Source: Rhodosorus marinus CCMP1338 (taxonomy: Eukaryota > Plantae > Rhodophyta). From it: a stretch of DNA of 64,000 nucleotides. Position 1 is the stretch's first letter. Every line of letters begins with the position of its first letter. The stretch is from the NCBI GenBank assembly GCA_029953675.1, contig JAMWBK010000008.1, positions 620,001 to 684,000 on the forward strand. The letters are read 5' to 3'. The translations under genes were made by a program, and so were the position numbers. The notes under the pieces were generated by a model. It was not told the DNA's origin. It did no database searches and worked only from the letters and a program-made list of their open reading frames with translations. Positions 36,925 to 53,135 of this stretch are shown here, piece by piece.

Positions 36925-38160
36925 CTGTAGCCACCAGCTCGTAGATTTTCAGCGTTGTGCAGGGTTTCGAGACAGGAATATATGTTAAATCTTGTTAAAT
37001 TAGAGAAACGATTATCAGGCACAACAAAAGGCATCCAGCCCTACGTGTCCCCAGAACGTTGCTGCGGGAACTCTGGCAAGCCGTGAGTGCACGTCTTGCA
37101 GCACCGCGCCTGCGAAAAGTAACTTCAGCCCCGTTTGCGAGTCAAAACAGCGAACTTTCCCCCATCCTTAGGCCCTAGCGCAGCAAACATAGCCTGGGGT
37201 TACGGGGTTACGTTAGTCTGGGGTTACTTGAACACTGGACTATCTGGACTCCTAGTCGACTGAACAAACCCGACTCCTGAGACACTGCTCCGTCACGAAC
37301 AGGATCCACGGGTTCAAAGGGGTATTGAATCCAACAGGCTCTCCAGATCTGCCTGTCTTACCCCAGAAAGGCCGTGGATATCTCCGATAGCTGACAATGG
37401 TTGTGATCAGAAACAGAGACCAGGCTCCACAGACGCCTCACCATCGCCGTCATTTCAGTATCACGTTCAATGGCAACGACCCTATTGGACTATTGGAAAT
37501 CACTTCACAGTGTCCTGAAACTGTACATCTAAAAAGTAAGCAAAAACATATGACCACTTTGGCAACAAAAAAAGGAAAAACAACAAAAATAACGCATGTC
37601 TTAAAAAAATTTACATATAGAGTTATACTTTGATCCAAAATTAGATCTATTCTCCAGATTTCCTTCACCACGCGCCACTATTCCGCATATTGCTCTACAA
37701 CTAGAGTATAATATCCCTAAAATAATATTTTACACCATGTTGATTTTGAATTATTTAAAAAAGAAGAGAGCGAATCTAGATTTTAGTATTTCTCCACCGG
37801 GCCCAAAAACATAGACAATTCTAACTCCTGCACCCTCCCCACTCACTAAAATATTTTTTTCTAAACAAAAAAATTTATGGGAGTATAAATATTGCATCTC
37901 TTTCTATATCTAGGGTGGATACACCGGCATTTTCAGAAATATTTAATAGATTCCGACAGTATGATTTAGAGTTTTCGTTTTATTTCATGTCCAAATAGTT
38001 CTAAATTTAAGGTACAGCGAGGGTTTCGAGCGGAGCTGGAGGGACAGCCAACCTTCGGACCTCGGATGACATGACGTGCGGGCAAGCAAGCTGGTAGGGG
38101 AAGGAGGAAGCCTGGGTGCACAATTTAATATAGAGTTGGTCTGTATGTAGTGGCAAAAGG

Positions 38161-39438
38161 ATGTCCGTTCTAGATTCTTGGACTGAGACGGAGTTCTTAA
38201 GGGATAAAACCATACCTGAACCAGTACGAGGTTGGCTTTTGCACGATATCGAGCGGGTATGTGACTATCCCCAGTGGTTGGAGAAGTCGATTGGGATGTC
38301 CAAGGTGTTTCCAGAGAGCACTAGTCCCTCGGATTTGTTACGGGTAGTGGATGACAACAAGAAGCTCCTGGTGTGTGATCACGAGGATGATTTTTTCTGT
38401 CTGGGAACGGTCGTTCGAGGCTTTGTTAGTATGATACCTGTGAAACTCGGGGAAGCGGCTCAAACGAGGTTTGCCATTGCCATCAGCCCAATAGATGGCA
38501 CCTTGAGAAACTTCCTATCTACGTTGCACAAATCCGGCAGAATAGCCTTCACGGAGTACTGCAGCCCCACGGCAACGAGCAAGCTTGCCAAGACCGTTAT
38601 CTTCCACAGGGATCATCCCGGGAAGATCTTGGGAGCAGTCGACGTTGCGGAGGAGGGGTTCCCTGATATTTGGGAAGGTGACTCACAAGGCGAACACCCA
38701 CCGTCATTTTTTCAGAGCCTGCGTCCGCAGCAACCAATTGCTGAGACACGGCTTTGGTCTGCCTTTGTCGCAATGTGCCCGTCTCAGATGCAGGGTTGGA
38801 AGACCTTACAGTACACGACAACTGTGGAAGGGACGGGGTTGCCGCCGGCAAAACAGACGTATTCTGTTCCCACATTTAGTCGGCTCTTTTTCGACGGGCA
38901 AGATATGCAAGACATTCGACAGAGCTATGTGGAGGACCTGTTTACGATGGCTCTGGGCAAACCGCGCCTAAGCGTCGAGTGTGGGGATGATAGACTAAGT
39001 ATCGAATCATTGTCAGAGAACAGCGGACTGCTCGAGTCTCCTTCAGCGCCAAATTCTCCCAAGCTTGAGAAGAGTGGAGACGAGCAACTATGCAGTGAGT
39101 GTGGTGCTAGATTCAAGCGAAAGTACGAGCTCAACCGACACTTTCAAAGCGTACATGTTGGTGTGCGCAAGCATGCTTGCGATATATGTTTGAAATATTT
39201 CACCCAGGCCTCCCACGTACGTGTGCATATTGAAACTGTGCATAACAAAACCAAAACCAGCGAATGTGATCTGTGCGGTCAGAGCTTTGGTACAAAGCAC
39301 AAACTGGTGCGACACAAGAGGTCAGTGCACGAGCGGTTGAGACCTCACGCGTGCACGATCTGCGGCGCCGCTTATTTTCAGAATTCAGATCTGAGGCGCC
39401 ATTTAAAGAAGAGTCACGAGACAACAAGCGTTCGATGA
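38161..39438 (+). CDS. Intronless C2H2 zinc-finger protein (4 fingers) with unassigned N-terminal domain (ZF1)
   Basis: 425-aa ORF with four CxxC..HxxxxH fingers at the C-terminus. Confidence 0.9.
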   Translation: MSVLDSWTETEFLRDKTIPEPVRGWLLHDIERVCDYPQWLEKSIGMSKVFPESTSPSDLLRVVDDNKKLLVCDHEDDFFCLGTVVRGFVSMIPVKLGEAAQTRFAIAISPIDGTLRNFLSTLHKSGRIAFTEYCSPTATSKLAKTVIFHRDHPGKILGAVDVAEEGFPDIWEGDSQGEHPPSFFQSLRPQQPIAETRLWSAFVAMCPSQMQGWKTLQYTTTVEGTGLPPAKQTYSVPTFSRLFFDGQDMQDIRQSYVEDLFTMALGKPRLSVECGDDRLSIESLSENSGLLESPSAPNSPKLEKSGDEQLCSECGARFKRKYELNRHFQSVHVGVRKHACDICLKYFTQASHVRVHIETVHNKTKTSECDLCGQSFGTKHKLVRHKRSVHERLRPHACTICGAAYFQNSDLRRHLKKSHETTSVR

Positions 39439-40944
39439 TATGCTTACTTGGCGACCGGATGCAGACGAGCTGGCGAGGACGAGCCAGCTTGCATACCAAC
39501 CCCCCTTCGCCCACCTGGGAAGAGGGCGAACAGCCGTGTGGCTACTATCACACAGTGTACAATAGATCTTTTTGACCTATTAATTCATTCGTGTTCAGTA
39601 TATATTTAAATTTTGGGCAATTTTCACTGACTCGACCCAACTCTGACTGTACATTTGGCTCGAGTTCCGCTTCAGCTCAACGTAGGATGCACCTACGCAG
39701 TGTACACGTTGCAGCAGTATCCAGATCCTCGTCATCCCAAGCAAAGGGACCCATAAAAGAGGTCAGGCAATCACGCAAGCTGGAGTTCTATGTGAAGTCC
39801 TCAAGTTTTGACCATCGCAGGTTGTCCTAGGGATTGTGGTTTTCTTCACGAGCAAAGCGATCCTTTAAATCTGCATAGAGCGAAGAAGTAACCGTTGAAT
39901 CCTGAGCTCGCGTGTCTCTGAATAACCTGCTTATCGCCACCCCGGCAATTCTCTGTGCCAAGTGGAGCCTCGTGGGTTATGTTAGATGGACGTGAGATAT
40001 ATACAAAGCTATTCGTGCCTGTCAGCATGAGGATACTGACCAGAGCCAAAAGCAAACACTAAGGCTGAACCGAACCGGTTAGGCAGAGATAATCAACGAC
40101 ATCGACGGTCGCCCTTCGTCTTCACAGGCAACAATCCAGATGAAGTGCAGTGAGACGCTCGGTCATCGTGGTCGACTCCCTGGAGCATCCCAGTTTCCTG
40201 CTCTCAGGATTCAGTGCTCTCAAACTTCACGTTCTTACTTACATAGTCTTCAACAACTGCTTCGCACTACAATCGCAATCCAACACGAGGGGGACCTCTT
40301 TAGCTCATCAAATGGAACCATATCCTCATGAGCATGTTTTAGATCGCTTCTAGCTAGCGGTGCTAGTCTACCAGCTCAAAAGGTGAGGATATTGGCAAAA
40401 GCAAAGGTAAAAGAATACGTCCTACACTGTCACAAACGAGCCGGAAGGCAACTCAAGCTTCCACGAAGTTATCCGAAAAATCGCTCGCTCCCTCGTCAAG
40501 CGGAGGGCGCTGGCGGCAGTGACGACAACAGTGCTCGTCATCCTCATAAGGTGAAAGTGTTGAGCACATGTAACATCTTCTCCAGGAGGAAGGTCGCTGA
40601 AGAAGCTGGCGACTTTGCTTGCCAGAGAGGATTGTTTTTTGTCTTTTTCAAATGCTTGTTTTGAGCTAGAAGTAGAGTTCGTTGTAGTGCGTCATGACGT
40701 ATCGGCCCCTCTTCATACTGTTAGCCTTGCGCGTGCTCGTAGTGTTTTGATTTATTAGGGTAACTGATATCGGCGTAGGTTGTGAGTGCTCAGGTTTTCT
40801 TGGTAAGAGAGAGAAAGTTGAAGGGTGGAAACATTTTTGGGGGCGAGGAAGCGTGATGTTGGGCATTTTCTTGAAGTTTTATTCGTAGACGTATGGAGTT
40901 GGCATTGTTCGATAAGGAATGCTTACTACCGAGGTTGGAAAATC

Positions 40945-42201
40945 ATGCCCATCTTAGACTCTTGGATCGAGAGGCGGCTGTTTGGGAAGTCAAAGGTGCC
41001 TGACGCGGTCCATGCTTGGGTTCTGCATGTTTCTGAACGAACATGCGACAATCCCAATTGGTTGGAGCATTCCATTGGGATGACCAAGGTCATCCCAAAA
41101 GATGCCAAAACGGATTTGGCTATTCTGAAGGAGATGAACAGTTGTTTTCTTCTGATATGTGATCATGATGCTGAGGATTACTGCCTAGGATTTTTGTCGG
41201 ATGGAGAATTCCCGCTCCTTCCTATACGGCTTGGGGTTGCCAAGCAGAGCAGGTTTGCTCTTGTTCCGGACTACAGTGACGGAACTATTTTGAGTATCCT
41301 ATCCACAGAGTATGAATCTGGCCGTATAGCCATGACCCTGTACAGGACCGCACCAGCGCTAGGTGGGATGGCAAGGACCATTATCTTTCAGAAGGATGAT
41401 CCAGGGAAAGTGTTGGGAGAACTCAATACCTGGGAAAGTGTGGACGAAGAATCCATGCGTCGAGGCTCGTTCGCTTATAATGTACTCCCAATAGATCCGC
41501 TTCAGACAACATCTGTCTGGCCAATTTTCACCAAATATGCCCCAGCTCTCCAGCAAGGTTGGAAAGACATGCGAGTGGTCTCTGCAGTGGGGGGGAGTAC
41601 GTTCCCCGCTGCGGGGGAGGAGTTTAGTATTCCGGTCTACAGCGAGCTATTTGTTGAAGGGGATTTTCTTCACGACATTCGACGCAACTACGTACAGAGC
41701 CTGTTTAGCAATGCACTGGACAAGCCCCTGATGCTCGAGTGGGATGACGAGTACCTTTCAAATGGGTCATCAACCGGAATGAGCGTCCGTGAACCGGATG
41801 AGGCAATGTCACTTTCTGATCTCTACCTATCAGAGACGAGAGAAAAGGGCCTGCGTTGCACCGAATGTGAGGCGAAGTTCAGAAGAAGATTTGAACTCAA
41901 CCGGCACTTGAACGCCGTTCACAAGGGCGTACGCAAGCATGTCTGCGACATATGCGCTAAATCTTTCACCCAAGCTGGGCACGTACGTGTGCATATTGAG
42001 ACAGTGCACAACAAGTCAAAGATATGCACTTGTGAGATCTGTGGCCAGGGTTTTGGAACGAAGCACAAGCTTGTGCGGCACAAAAGGTCTGTCCATGAGC
42101 GATTAAGACCGCATGCGTGCTCCATCTGCGAGGCCGCATACTATCAGAGCTCTGACTTGAAGCGACATATGAGGAAAAAGCATGAGGTGGTCAGTGCTTG
42201 A
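40945..42201 (+). CDS. Intronless C2H2 zinc-finger protein (4 fingers), tandem paralogue of ZF1 (ZF2)
   Basis: Aligns to ZF1 from MPILDSW/MSVLDSW to the last finger. Confidence 0.9.
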   Translation: MPILDSWIERRLFGKSKVPDAVHAWVLHVSERTCDNPNWLEHSIGMTKVIPKDAKTDLAILKEMNSCFLLICDHDAEDYCLGFLSDGEFPLLPIRLGVAKQSRFALVPDYSDGTILSILSTEYESGRIAMTLYRTAPALGGMARTIIFQKDDPGKVLGELNTWESVDEESMRRGSFAYNVLPIDPLQTTSVWPIFTKYAPALQQGWKDMRVVSAVGGSTFPAAGEEFSIPVYSELFVEGDFLHDIRRNYVQSLFSNALDKPLMLEWDDEYLSNGSSTGMSVREPDEAMSLSDLYLSETREKGLRCTECEAKFRRRFELNRHLNAVHKGVRKHVCDICAKSFTQAGHVRVHIETVHNKSKICTCEICGQGFGTKHKLVRHKRSVHERLRPHACSICEAAYYQSSDLKRHMRKKHEVVSA

Positions 42202-44503
42202 ACTAGCCCTTCTGCGCCCGAGTAAGGCGGCACAAAAGCAAATGCTCTCTAATCAGACATGCCCCAAGAGGTTTTCGAAAAGTACCCCTCTTCGCGTAAT
42301 TATAATGTACTATTTAAAGAGGAAATCTATTTGATCATTTGAGTTAAAGCTATATCGGACAGCTGAAGAAGTCGATCGCGACTGGGGTACCCACACCGCG
42401 CGTACAGCAACGACAATCGGCGGTTCGTTGAGCGTGGTCACTGAAGCTATGCGCGAATCAAGTGCTTTCGGAGTTATACATGCAACACAGTAGGTTCTGA
42501 GACCAAGGTTTCCTCGCACGTAGGTATGTCTAGCTGACACCGTGCTTCGAGTGCACGTGAGTGAGACCGACAAGCCTTCTCGATTGCGCGCTCACACATT
42601 CAAGCACAATAGCGAATCGACGACTTCCAACCAAATCTAGGCTCAGAACCGTAACCAGAATCATGACTCAGAGACGAGCCCGCCAAATGATCCCACGTGC
42701 TGAATATGTGCTCACTGACCATCGATCAACTTTGAAAATGTAAATTTTTCCTCATTCGCACAACAGCTCGCCCGCATTCCACCCTGAAGCAGAGGAGCCC
42801 ACACTGACAGCTACATCGTTGCTTAATAGCCGATAACATGGAACCCCTACGAAATGTGAGCATCTAAGTAAACCAGTTTTTCATATTTATGAAGTTTTAC
42901 GACCGATCTACGGGATTTTCCTTATCAGTTTTCACCCCTCTATTTCCGACTTCCAAAGAGGTTTTGCCGTCATGGATTTTGCTCTAGCCCAGAATACATC
43001 TGGCAAACCTGCCGAAAATTCTCGAAGGTGGAAAATGGGGTTGGAGCACTTTGCGTGTTCCATCTCATTTTCATTATTTTCCTTAACATTTATCTACATA
43101 CTCATCTGCTTCTATGGGGATAACCCAACACCGCCCCCCCCCCCTTCCCCAATCCTCCATGACATTAGACGCGCACTCAGCCTATTTTCAATTCTAGCTC
43201 ATGGTTCTAACCACCCCCCTTTCTCGTTGGTCTACCGTCACGAAAGCAATCGACGCTACAATTTAATGTATTTCAAAACCCGCGTCAACCTCTCCAATTA
43301 CAGCAGGACGAACAAAGGCTCCGATGAATGCTACCAACTCCCAAGAGGGACAAATCTAGAATCCAAGAGCATACTTTGTTGATTGACTTATTGATTGATA
43401 ATTTTCCGAGTTGACAACAATTGAGGTGACGCATGCCAGTTTGTTCCGCAATTCAGGGATAGCTCGAATAGTGCGATTTTCGAGTGCTCACTGTTTTGCC
43501 TTCGTCTTCACAGAAGAGGAGGAGGAGGGGGGGTTGGAATTTTTTTTTTTGTGTACGTGCGTTGGGGCTTTCCAGAATCAGAGGAAAGAATATATATGAC
43601 GAGGGGGGGGTTGGGTTTGAGTTCCTCAGGACTTTTGGAGCGACGAAGAAGCGAAGATTTAGGCAATCACCAATAAACACGATTTTAGGTTTGAAAAGTA
43701 CCGTTTTCATGGAAAATCAATATTAACCTAGGGGGTTAAAAAACTGCTTTGTTCGGTTTTCAATTCACGAGGGTCAGGAACCTAAGGGGGTTTTCATCTC
43801 TGAACATGGCACCCGTTTCCTGTCCAAACCACAAGAAAAAAAATACATCTAGTAGAGGAGAAGGGGACGGGGGGTCGGATTGGCTTCTAAAACTAATCCA
43901 CTGTTTGGACATGATGGCCAATATTGCAGATTTTTGGCCCGGTTTTGGACGAGGTCTTTTTTAGTGTTTTTTTCAGTATGATTGGGAGGGGGCACTTCAC
44001 TGTCGCAGGAATGAGCAGGGCAGAAAGCCATGTGTTTGAAGGGGTAAGTCTTGGGGAAGGTGCTGGCTTGCTAGCAGCTTTTTATAAGAAGGGGGGAAAT
44101 TGGCTTTTTTGTGAGGTGTTGAGGACTCGCGACCCATTGGGTAACTTTCTTTTTTTAGGGGGGAGGGAGGTAAACGTTGTTTATTGCGTCGGTGGGGTTG
44201 GGGTGGGAGAAGGAGGGAGTCAGTAGTTCTCCTTTTTTCTTTTTTTTGGTTTTTGGTACGGAGAGGCCCTTTGCGTTGGAGGAGAAGACGGGCTTGAACG
44301 GTGTACCAGGACAGGGGCGCGTGTGGAGGAGGTTGTGGAGGTAATCTATTCGCGCGTTTCTGTTTTGTCTGAGCGTGCTGTCGTTGTGTTTTTGTTTGGT
44401 TGGGGGAGTTGTTCGATATCTGAGGGTAGGAGCAGCTCGGAAAAAAAAGGAGATCGTACACTTTAGTGCGCGTTTACTGTGTGTAGGTTTTTGAGAATCA
44501 GAA

Positions 44504-45395
<892 letters not shown>

Positions 45396-47195
45396 TATAG
45401 AGAACGGAATGATTTTGTCGAGTTTTATGGGAACGAACGCTTGACTGTGCAAAGTGACGTTTTGACCATCATAAGATGTTACATCCATTGTTGTGTTAAT
45501 CCACCAGAAGCTGTAGAGAAAGACTTATGCAGAGAGCCCGGAGGGACATCGCAGTTGGCCTTAGGCGAATAAAGAATCTGCTGGTATAGTGCTTTGGGCT
45601 TGATAAACTGTTCATATTGAATGCATTTGGGTCTCTTTCTAGGTCGGAGTTTTTCCGCCTCTCCCTCTTAAGCCCCCAAACCGCGTCCCTGAGGCTTGGG
45701 GTCAAAGCAACCTCAAGCATGGAGCCTTTGCTGATTCACATCGTCGCGGAACTAACGCTGATGCTGTAGGTAATCTTTGTAGATAGTCTTTGTACACCGA
45801 TTGAGCTCGAGGTATTCCTGGTACTGTTTTCGCTCTCGTTCATCCACTGATCCGATTGATGCGGATATAAACGAGTCCAGTGCTCGTTGGCTCTCGTCTA
45901 GTCATAGAATGCATTCCCCAAACTCCGCCCAGGCTGCTCACTCTGCCTTATGATATTCAGGGTTGCGCGCGTGAACCAACCCAAGGGTGGACTTCTCTGT
46001 CGAGACAAAAGGTCCCCATGCACACTCCGTGTTGTGTTGGTCTAAAAACATCCCTGAAAGTCTAGGCAGCATTTCAGTGGCTGAGACCGGAAGACACAAT
46101 AGGCCGCAGACGTGGTGAGCCAAATGGGAAACAGAACCGCGTTACTCTGTGGGGAATAGAAAGCTTGCTTGCATGAAAAAAAAGTGAAGCAATGATCTAC
46201 GGGCGCGGAGTCTCTTGCGAACCGAATCTGCACACCTTCTAGCTGCCAAACTGTTCTTGTAGGACCCCGCTAAGGGGCCCACCCATCTGGGATGACTATC
46301 GCTCAAATACTGGGAGAAAATGCCAAGACGGATGTGGACTCCGAGCTTCAAAGGAATCGTAGTGCACTCATACACCAGGGCACAATAGGAAATTGTACTC
46401 GAAAGCGTGGAGAATCCTCACAGGGTACCGAACTACAGCCTATCTAAAGGATAGCTACCGGCAGATGCCGAGCACAGCTCCCAAACCCACCACAGTAGTT
46501 CGACGTGGAGATAGAGAAGCATGCATTAATAGGAAGCCATAGTCCTATTTTTGTCGTCGCATCGCTTTGTAGAAGTTCGCCAAACCTCTCGATGCCCCGT
46601 CCTGAACGTACGCCAGGTTCATACTCAGGAATACCCTCCCGCCTCCAAGACCGCCTCGGGAACCGTCAAAACGGGAGCGTTGAAGAGACGGTAGGTTAGC
46701 TGTCAGTATGGATATGAAAAACGCTTGACATGGACTACTCTAGCAGTTCACATCCTCCTAAACAGACAACCAGGGAAACACAGTTTCCTCCCCCCAAAGA
46801 AAACACCTCCCTCAACATCCCAAAGCACCAAACCAAATTTCCTCTAAAAACGCATATCTTCTGTTGACTGAGATCTGGTAGGATCCTCCTTGGCCATTAA
46901 AATATTACAAAATTACATAACTTCCAAGTACGATTAGCCAACTTCACATTCGTAGTACCGCCCGTAGCCATAAGTGTCCATATAGATGAATTTTTATTCG
47001 ATATATGGAGTCATCTATCAGAGAAATGCTGGACAGGAGAACTCCGTTCTTGGATTTGTTTTTCAGGCTTACTTGGCCTTTGCCATTTGGAATTATGTTG
47101 GGATACTGAATGTGATTGAAATTATATGGAACTTGGTGGTTTGGGTGGCCTTTTGATGATGTGAAGGAGTTTGCTTTATAGGGGAGCTTTGAGGA

Positions 47196-47250
47196 GGGTG
47201 GAGTTGGGGGAAGGGGTGGGGGTGGAGGGTGGGGGAGGGGGAGAGATGGG
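47196..47250 (+). promoter_or_regulatory. Dense G-tract cluster (putative G-quadruplex) upstream of ZF3
   Basis: Eight runs of 3 or more G within 55 bp. Confidence 0.5.
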
Positions 47251-47542
47251 AGGATGAAGTGGGGTTTTTGATATGTAAGGGAATGAATAGGACGTGAACT
47301 TGGAAATTTTTGTTTGGTATTTTGTATACTGGTTTCAGAGAGAGGAAGAGGTTGGGAACATGACTTTATGACGAAGGTTTTTGGTTGTTTATTAATTTTT
47401 TTTGGTAGGCCGGGGGGGGCGGGGCGACGTTAGTAGATTCCGGAATGTAGAGGTTTGGTGAGGGTTGTGGAAAGGGTTTTGAACTTTGAGGGGGAGGGGG
47501 GGGGGGCTTCTTGGGGCACGGAAGAGAGACAAAGCAAGGAAG

Positions 47543-48841
47543 ATGCAGAGGGTGACTGATGCGATTCCGGTGGAGAGCGCAGAATGGCTGCTGTTCTGGG
47601 TTGATCCACTGCAGACTTTGAGTGCTCGCAGTTTCGATAGGGAACTTGCCGTGAATAAGTCTCTTTGTGTGGGTTCTGCACCAGATCCGCTGCAGGTTGT
47701 AAACGAGGATTTTTTGAAGGTGTTGCACTTCATCGACTATGAAAGAGAGGATTATGCACTTGGCAGGCTTTACGGTGCTCCTGATATCGGGCAAGGGTCT
47801 TTTGGGAAGGTTGTTAGTGGACGGTTTTGCATTGATTGTTCAGGTTTGATGCCAGTTAGTCATGTGGTTGTCCAGCATGAGTCCGGGATCTGGGCATACA
47901 TGAAGATTTCAGCAGATGATGAGGGGACCATCGTAACGAACGCCATGGCGTTTCATCCTGACAGCAAGAGTGAAACGCTTTTGGAACTCAGAACCTGTGA
48001 AGTACGTGACTGTGACTATTGCGTTACGCGAAATTGTGACTGTGAATGTATGAACCTCGTAAAGACGAGAGTAAGGAGCTGGGTGTCCATTTTCAAAAAC
48101 TTGAAGTTACGGGAATACAGTTGCTGGGATCTTTTCCGGAGCATGTGTGAAGTAGCCTCTGTTGGCCGGTTTTCTACTGAAACTAGGGTCTCCGTAAGCG
48201 GTCCAGGAGGTGACACCCCGCTACCACCTGTGTACATGAAGACGTCCGTTTCGTTCCTGGGGGCTGGAGCGGAAATTGCAATGCTTCGACAAGACTATCT
48301 TAACGAAGTTGGGATGAACCGTGTATTTGATAATTTTGCCCTATTTATGGAAATGGATGAAATGTCGTTCCTTAGAGGTAACCTTGGTGAAGGGAACATC
48401 GTTGACGTGCCACTGCAGGAGCCTTCTAGGGGTGGGTCCAATGGTCGCCTCATATCTAGTGTCAGTACTTCGGAGGACGAAGAGACAACTACTTTCAGGC
48501 AAAATGTGTCAGCGCGGCTTCTAACAGAGTCGTCGGGGTCTCAGATCGATTCCCAGAGTCCAGACTTAGGGAACAGGTCGCAGGGACGGAAAAGAAACTC
48601 CCCTTATATCAAACCGGAGAGCACGAGTAGGTCAGCGTTCGAATGCTCACTCTGTCGGCGGTCCTTCCCTAGCCGCTACAAGATTGATCGTCACGTCAGA
48701 GCTGTGCATCTCCGTGAACGGTCGTTCAAGTGTGACTTGTGTAGCAGTCAATACTACCAAAAGAGTGACTTGAGGAAGCACTACCGATTACGGCATGGGA
48801 AGGATGGTTCCGTGCCTACGCCGACAGAGATAGATGTGTAA
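47543..48841 (+). CDS. Intronless C2H2 zinc-finger protein (2 fingers) with the same N-terminal domain plus a Cys cluster (ZF3)
   Basis: Long ORF ending in FECSLCRRSFPSRYKIDRHVRAVH and FKCDLCSSQYYQKSDLRKHYRLRH; internal CEVRDCDYCVTRNCDCEC. Confidence 0.88.
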   Translation: MQRVTDAIPVESAEWLLFWVDPLQTLSARSFDRELAVNKSLCVGSAPDPLQVVNEDFLKVLHFIDYEREDYALGRLYGAPDIGQGSFGKVVSGRFCIDCSGLMPVSHVVVQHESGIWAYMKISADDEGTIVTNAMAFHPDSKSETLLELRTCEVRDCDYCVTRNCDCECMNLVKTRVRSWVSIFKNLKLREYSCWDLFRSMCEVASVGRFSTETRVSVSGPGGDTPLPPVYMKTSVSFLGAGAEIAMLRQDYLNEVGMNRVFDNFALFMEMDEMSFLRGNLGEGNIVDVPLQEPSRGGSNGRLISSVSTSEDEETTTFRQNVSARLLTESSGSQIDSQSPDLGNRSQGRKRNSPYIKPESTSRSAFECSLCRRSFPSRYKIDRHVRAVHLRERSFKCDLCSSQYYQKSDLRKHYRLRHGKDGSVPTPTEIDV

Positions 48842-49537
48842 GGGGCTTCACTCCGGGTGGAATCTGGGGAAGACTACCTCCGTTCTCCGCACTAATTTCA
48901 GCGTCACCTTGCAAGCATACAACGGATGACCACAGTCCCCCTGTTTTGCGATACAAATACTGCCCTTGGTGGCCCTAGGTCATCATGTGTATTTGAAATT
49001 GGATGGAATCGATGTACATGAGAGATTATATGCCAACCAAATAAAATCTAGTCCATAGCTTGCGTAGGCGAAATTAACCAAAATGGAACGGACAAAGGAA
49101 TGGACAAAGGAATCGCCCAGAACGAAGAGGTATATCCTTACCATCGTACCAGAAGCACCTCACAAAAATGGACCCGGACACAGGCAGTTTCAAGGGAAAT
49201 TCCATTGTCCTGGATGCAGCTTCTATCCGAATCTCGCCGCTAAGCTTCAGCTTCAGAGCGAACAGTGGCGCGACTCCCATGATTTCGGTAGATACTCCCG
49301 AGCTGTCCCTGCAATCAGTACCGGCGCTCAAGTAGGCTTTTGACTGCTCGGGAAATCGCGTTTTCCCAGGCTCCACACAGTGAAAACCCTTACTTCCTCA
49401 AACGAGTTCCTGTCGTCTCAAAGCGGGGTTGACGAGCTCCAGTCCACAGCGATGGCAGGCCGGTGTGATCACGCGGGAAAAACTTTACTCTAGTAGTGGT
49501 ACAAGAGCTTAGCGGAGGCTCTACACAACTCTGATAA

Positions 49538-52209
<2,672 letters not shown>

Positions 52210-53135
52210 TCCTGTTCCATTCCAATTTATCGCGCTGCAAATACCCCTCCAACCACCCAACAAAATAATAGCCTCCTATGAGAACTTCCTAATCGTTTTC
52301 CTTCACCATTCACAAAACACCCAAAACTCAAATCGAAAAATAGCCCAAAAACCGCTTCGATTTCAATGTTTTCACAAACAAACCAGAGTCTGGTAGAGAA
52401 CCCACCTGAGCCCCCCCCTCCCCACCCAGTTGCGCCCAGTTGCTCTGGGAGCAGAATCCGTATGACAACCAGATTCTCGCGATTCTATCTAATTTTACAT
52501 GCTGGTAGGTGACTTATCAAATTTAGAAAATATTGGAACTGTGGACGTAAAAATGATATCCGAACGACCACAAAAAACCAGATGGCTTGAAATTCGAATT
52601 TCCGGTACTTGGTGCCTTTGTATGAAGACGAACTTGTTTCGTTTTGGTAAAGTTTTAGGATATAAAATTGATACTTGAATGGTCGACCTACCGGGATTTC
52701 AAAAATTGCACTGTAAGGGCAATAGGTCCTAAAACTATTCGTTTAGAATTGTCATTGCTCTGTTTTAGTAGTGATTCTGAGTGGAAAATCTTGACATCTT
52801 TTCGGTCGGGTTGCGGGCAGGTTGGTGGAAGTATCCTTGTTTCTAAAATTGTCATCTTTCAAGGGGGTGTTTCCGGATCGAAAAAAATGTACATAGAAGA
52901 ATACTGATTATTTTTGACTCGAACCCCTCCTGACCGGTCCTTTATAAAATAGCTCTTGGGGGTTCATTGGACATATGTATGATTAGGATGGGTTTTGCAG
53001 ATTCTGGTTAGTGAATAATGAAATGCAATAAATCTTAGTCGACCGAGACCCAATTTAACCAGTTGTTTCATGACATTAATAATTTATATTAGTGACATTA
53101 ACAATCAAACACGAGGATTGGTTTTTTTTTTGCAG

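Noticed and set aside
37196-37229. Three GGGGTTAC units resembling a telomere repeat
   Set aside because: Only three interrupted copies and the telomere motif of this organism is unknown.
45496-46700. Stop-interrupted protein-like frames on the minus strand between UBC4 and ZF3
   Set aside because: About 8 stops in 230 codons in the best long frame is close to random expectation, and no family was recognised. A C/A-rich patch at 46750-46870 leaves a non-coding transcript possible.
52589-52602. 14-bp palindrome gaaattcgaatttc in the kinase/F-box divergent region
   Set aside because: Spacing does not fit a heat-shock element (nGAAnnTTCn); single low-complexity occurrence.
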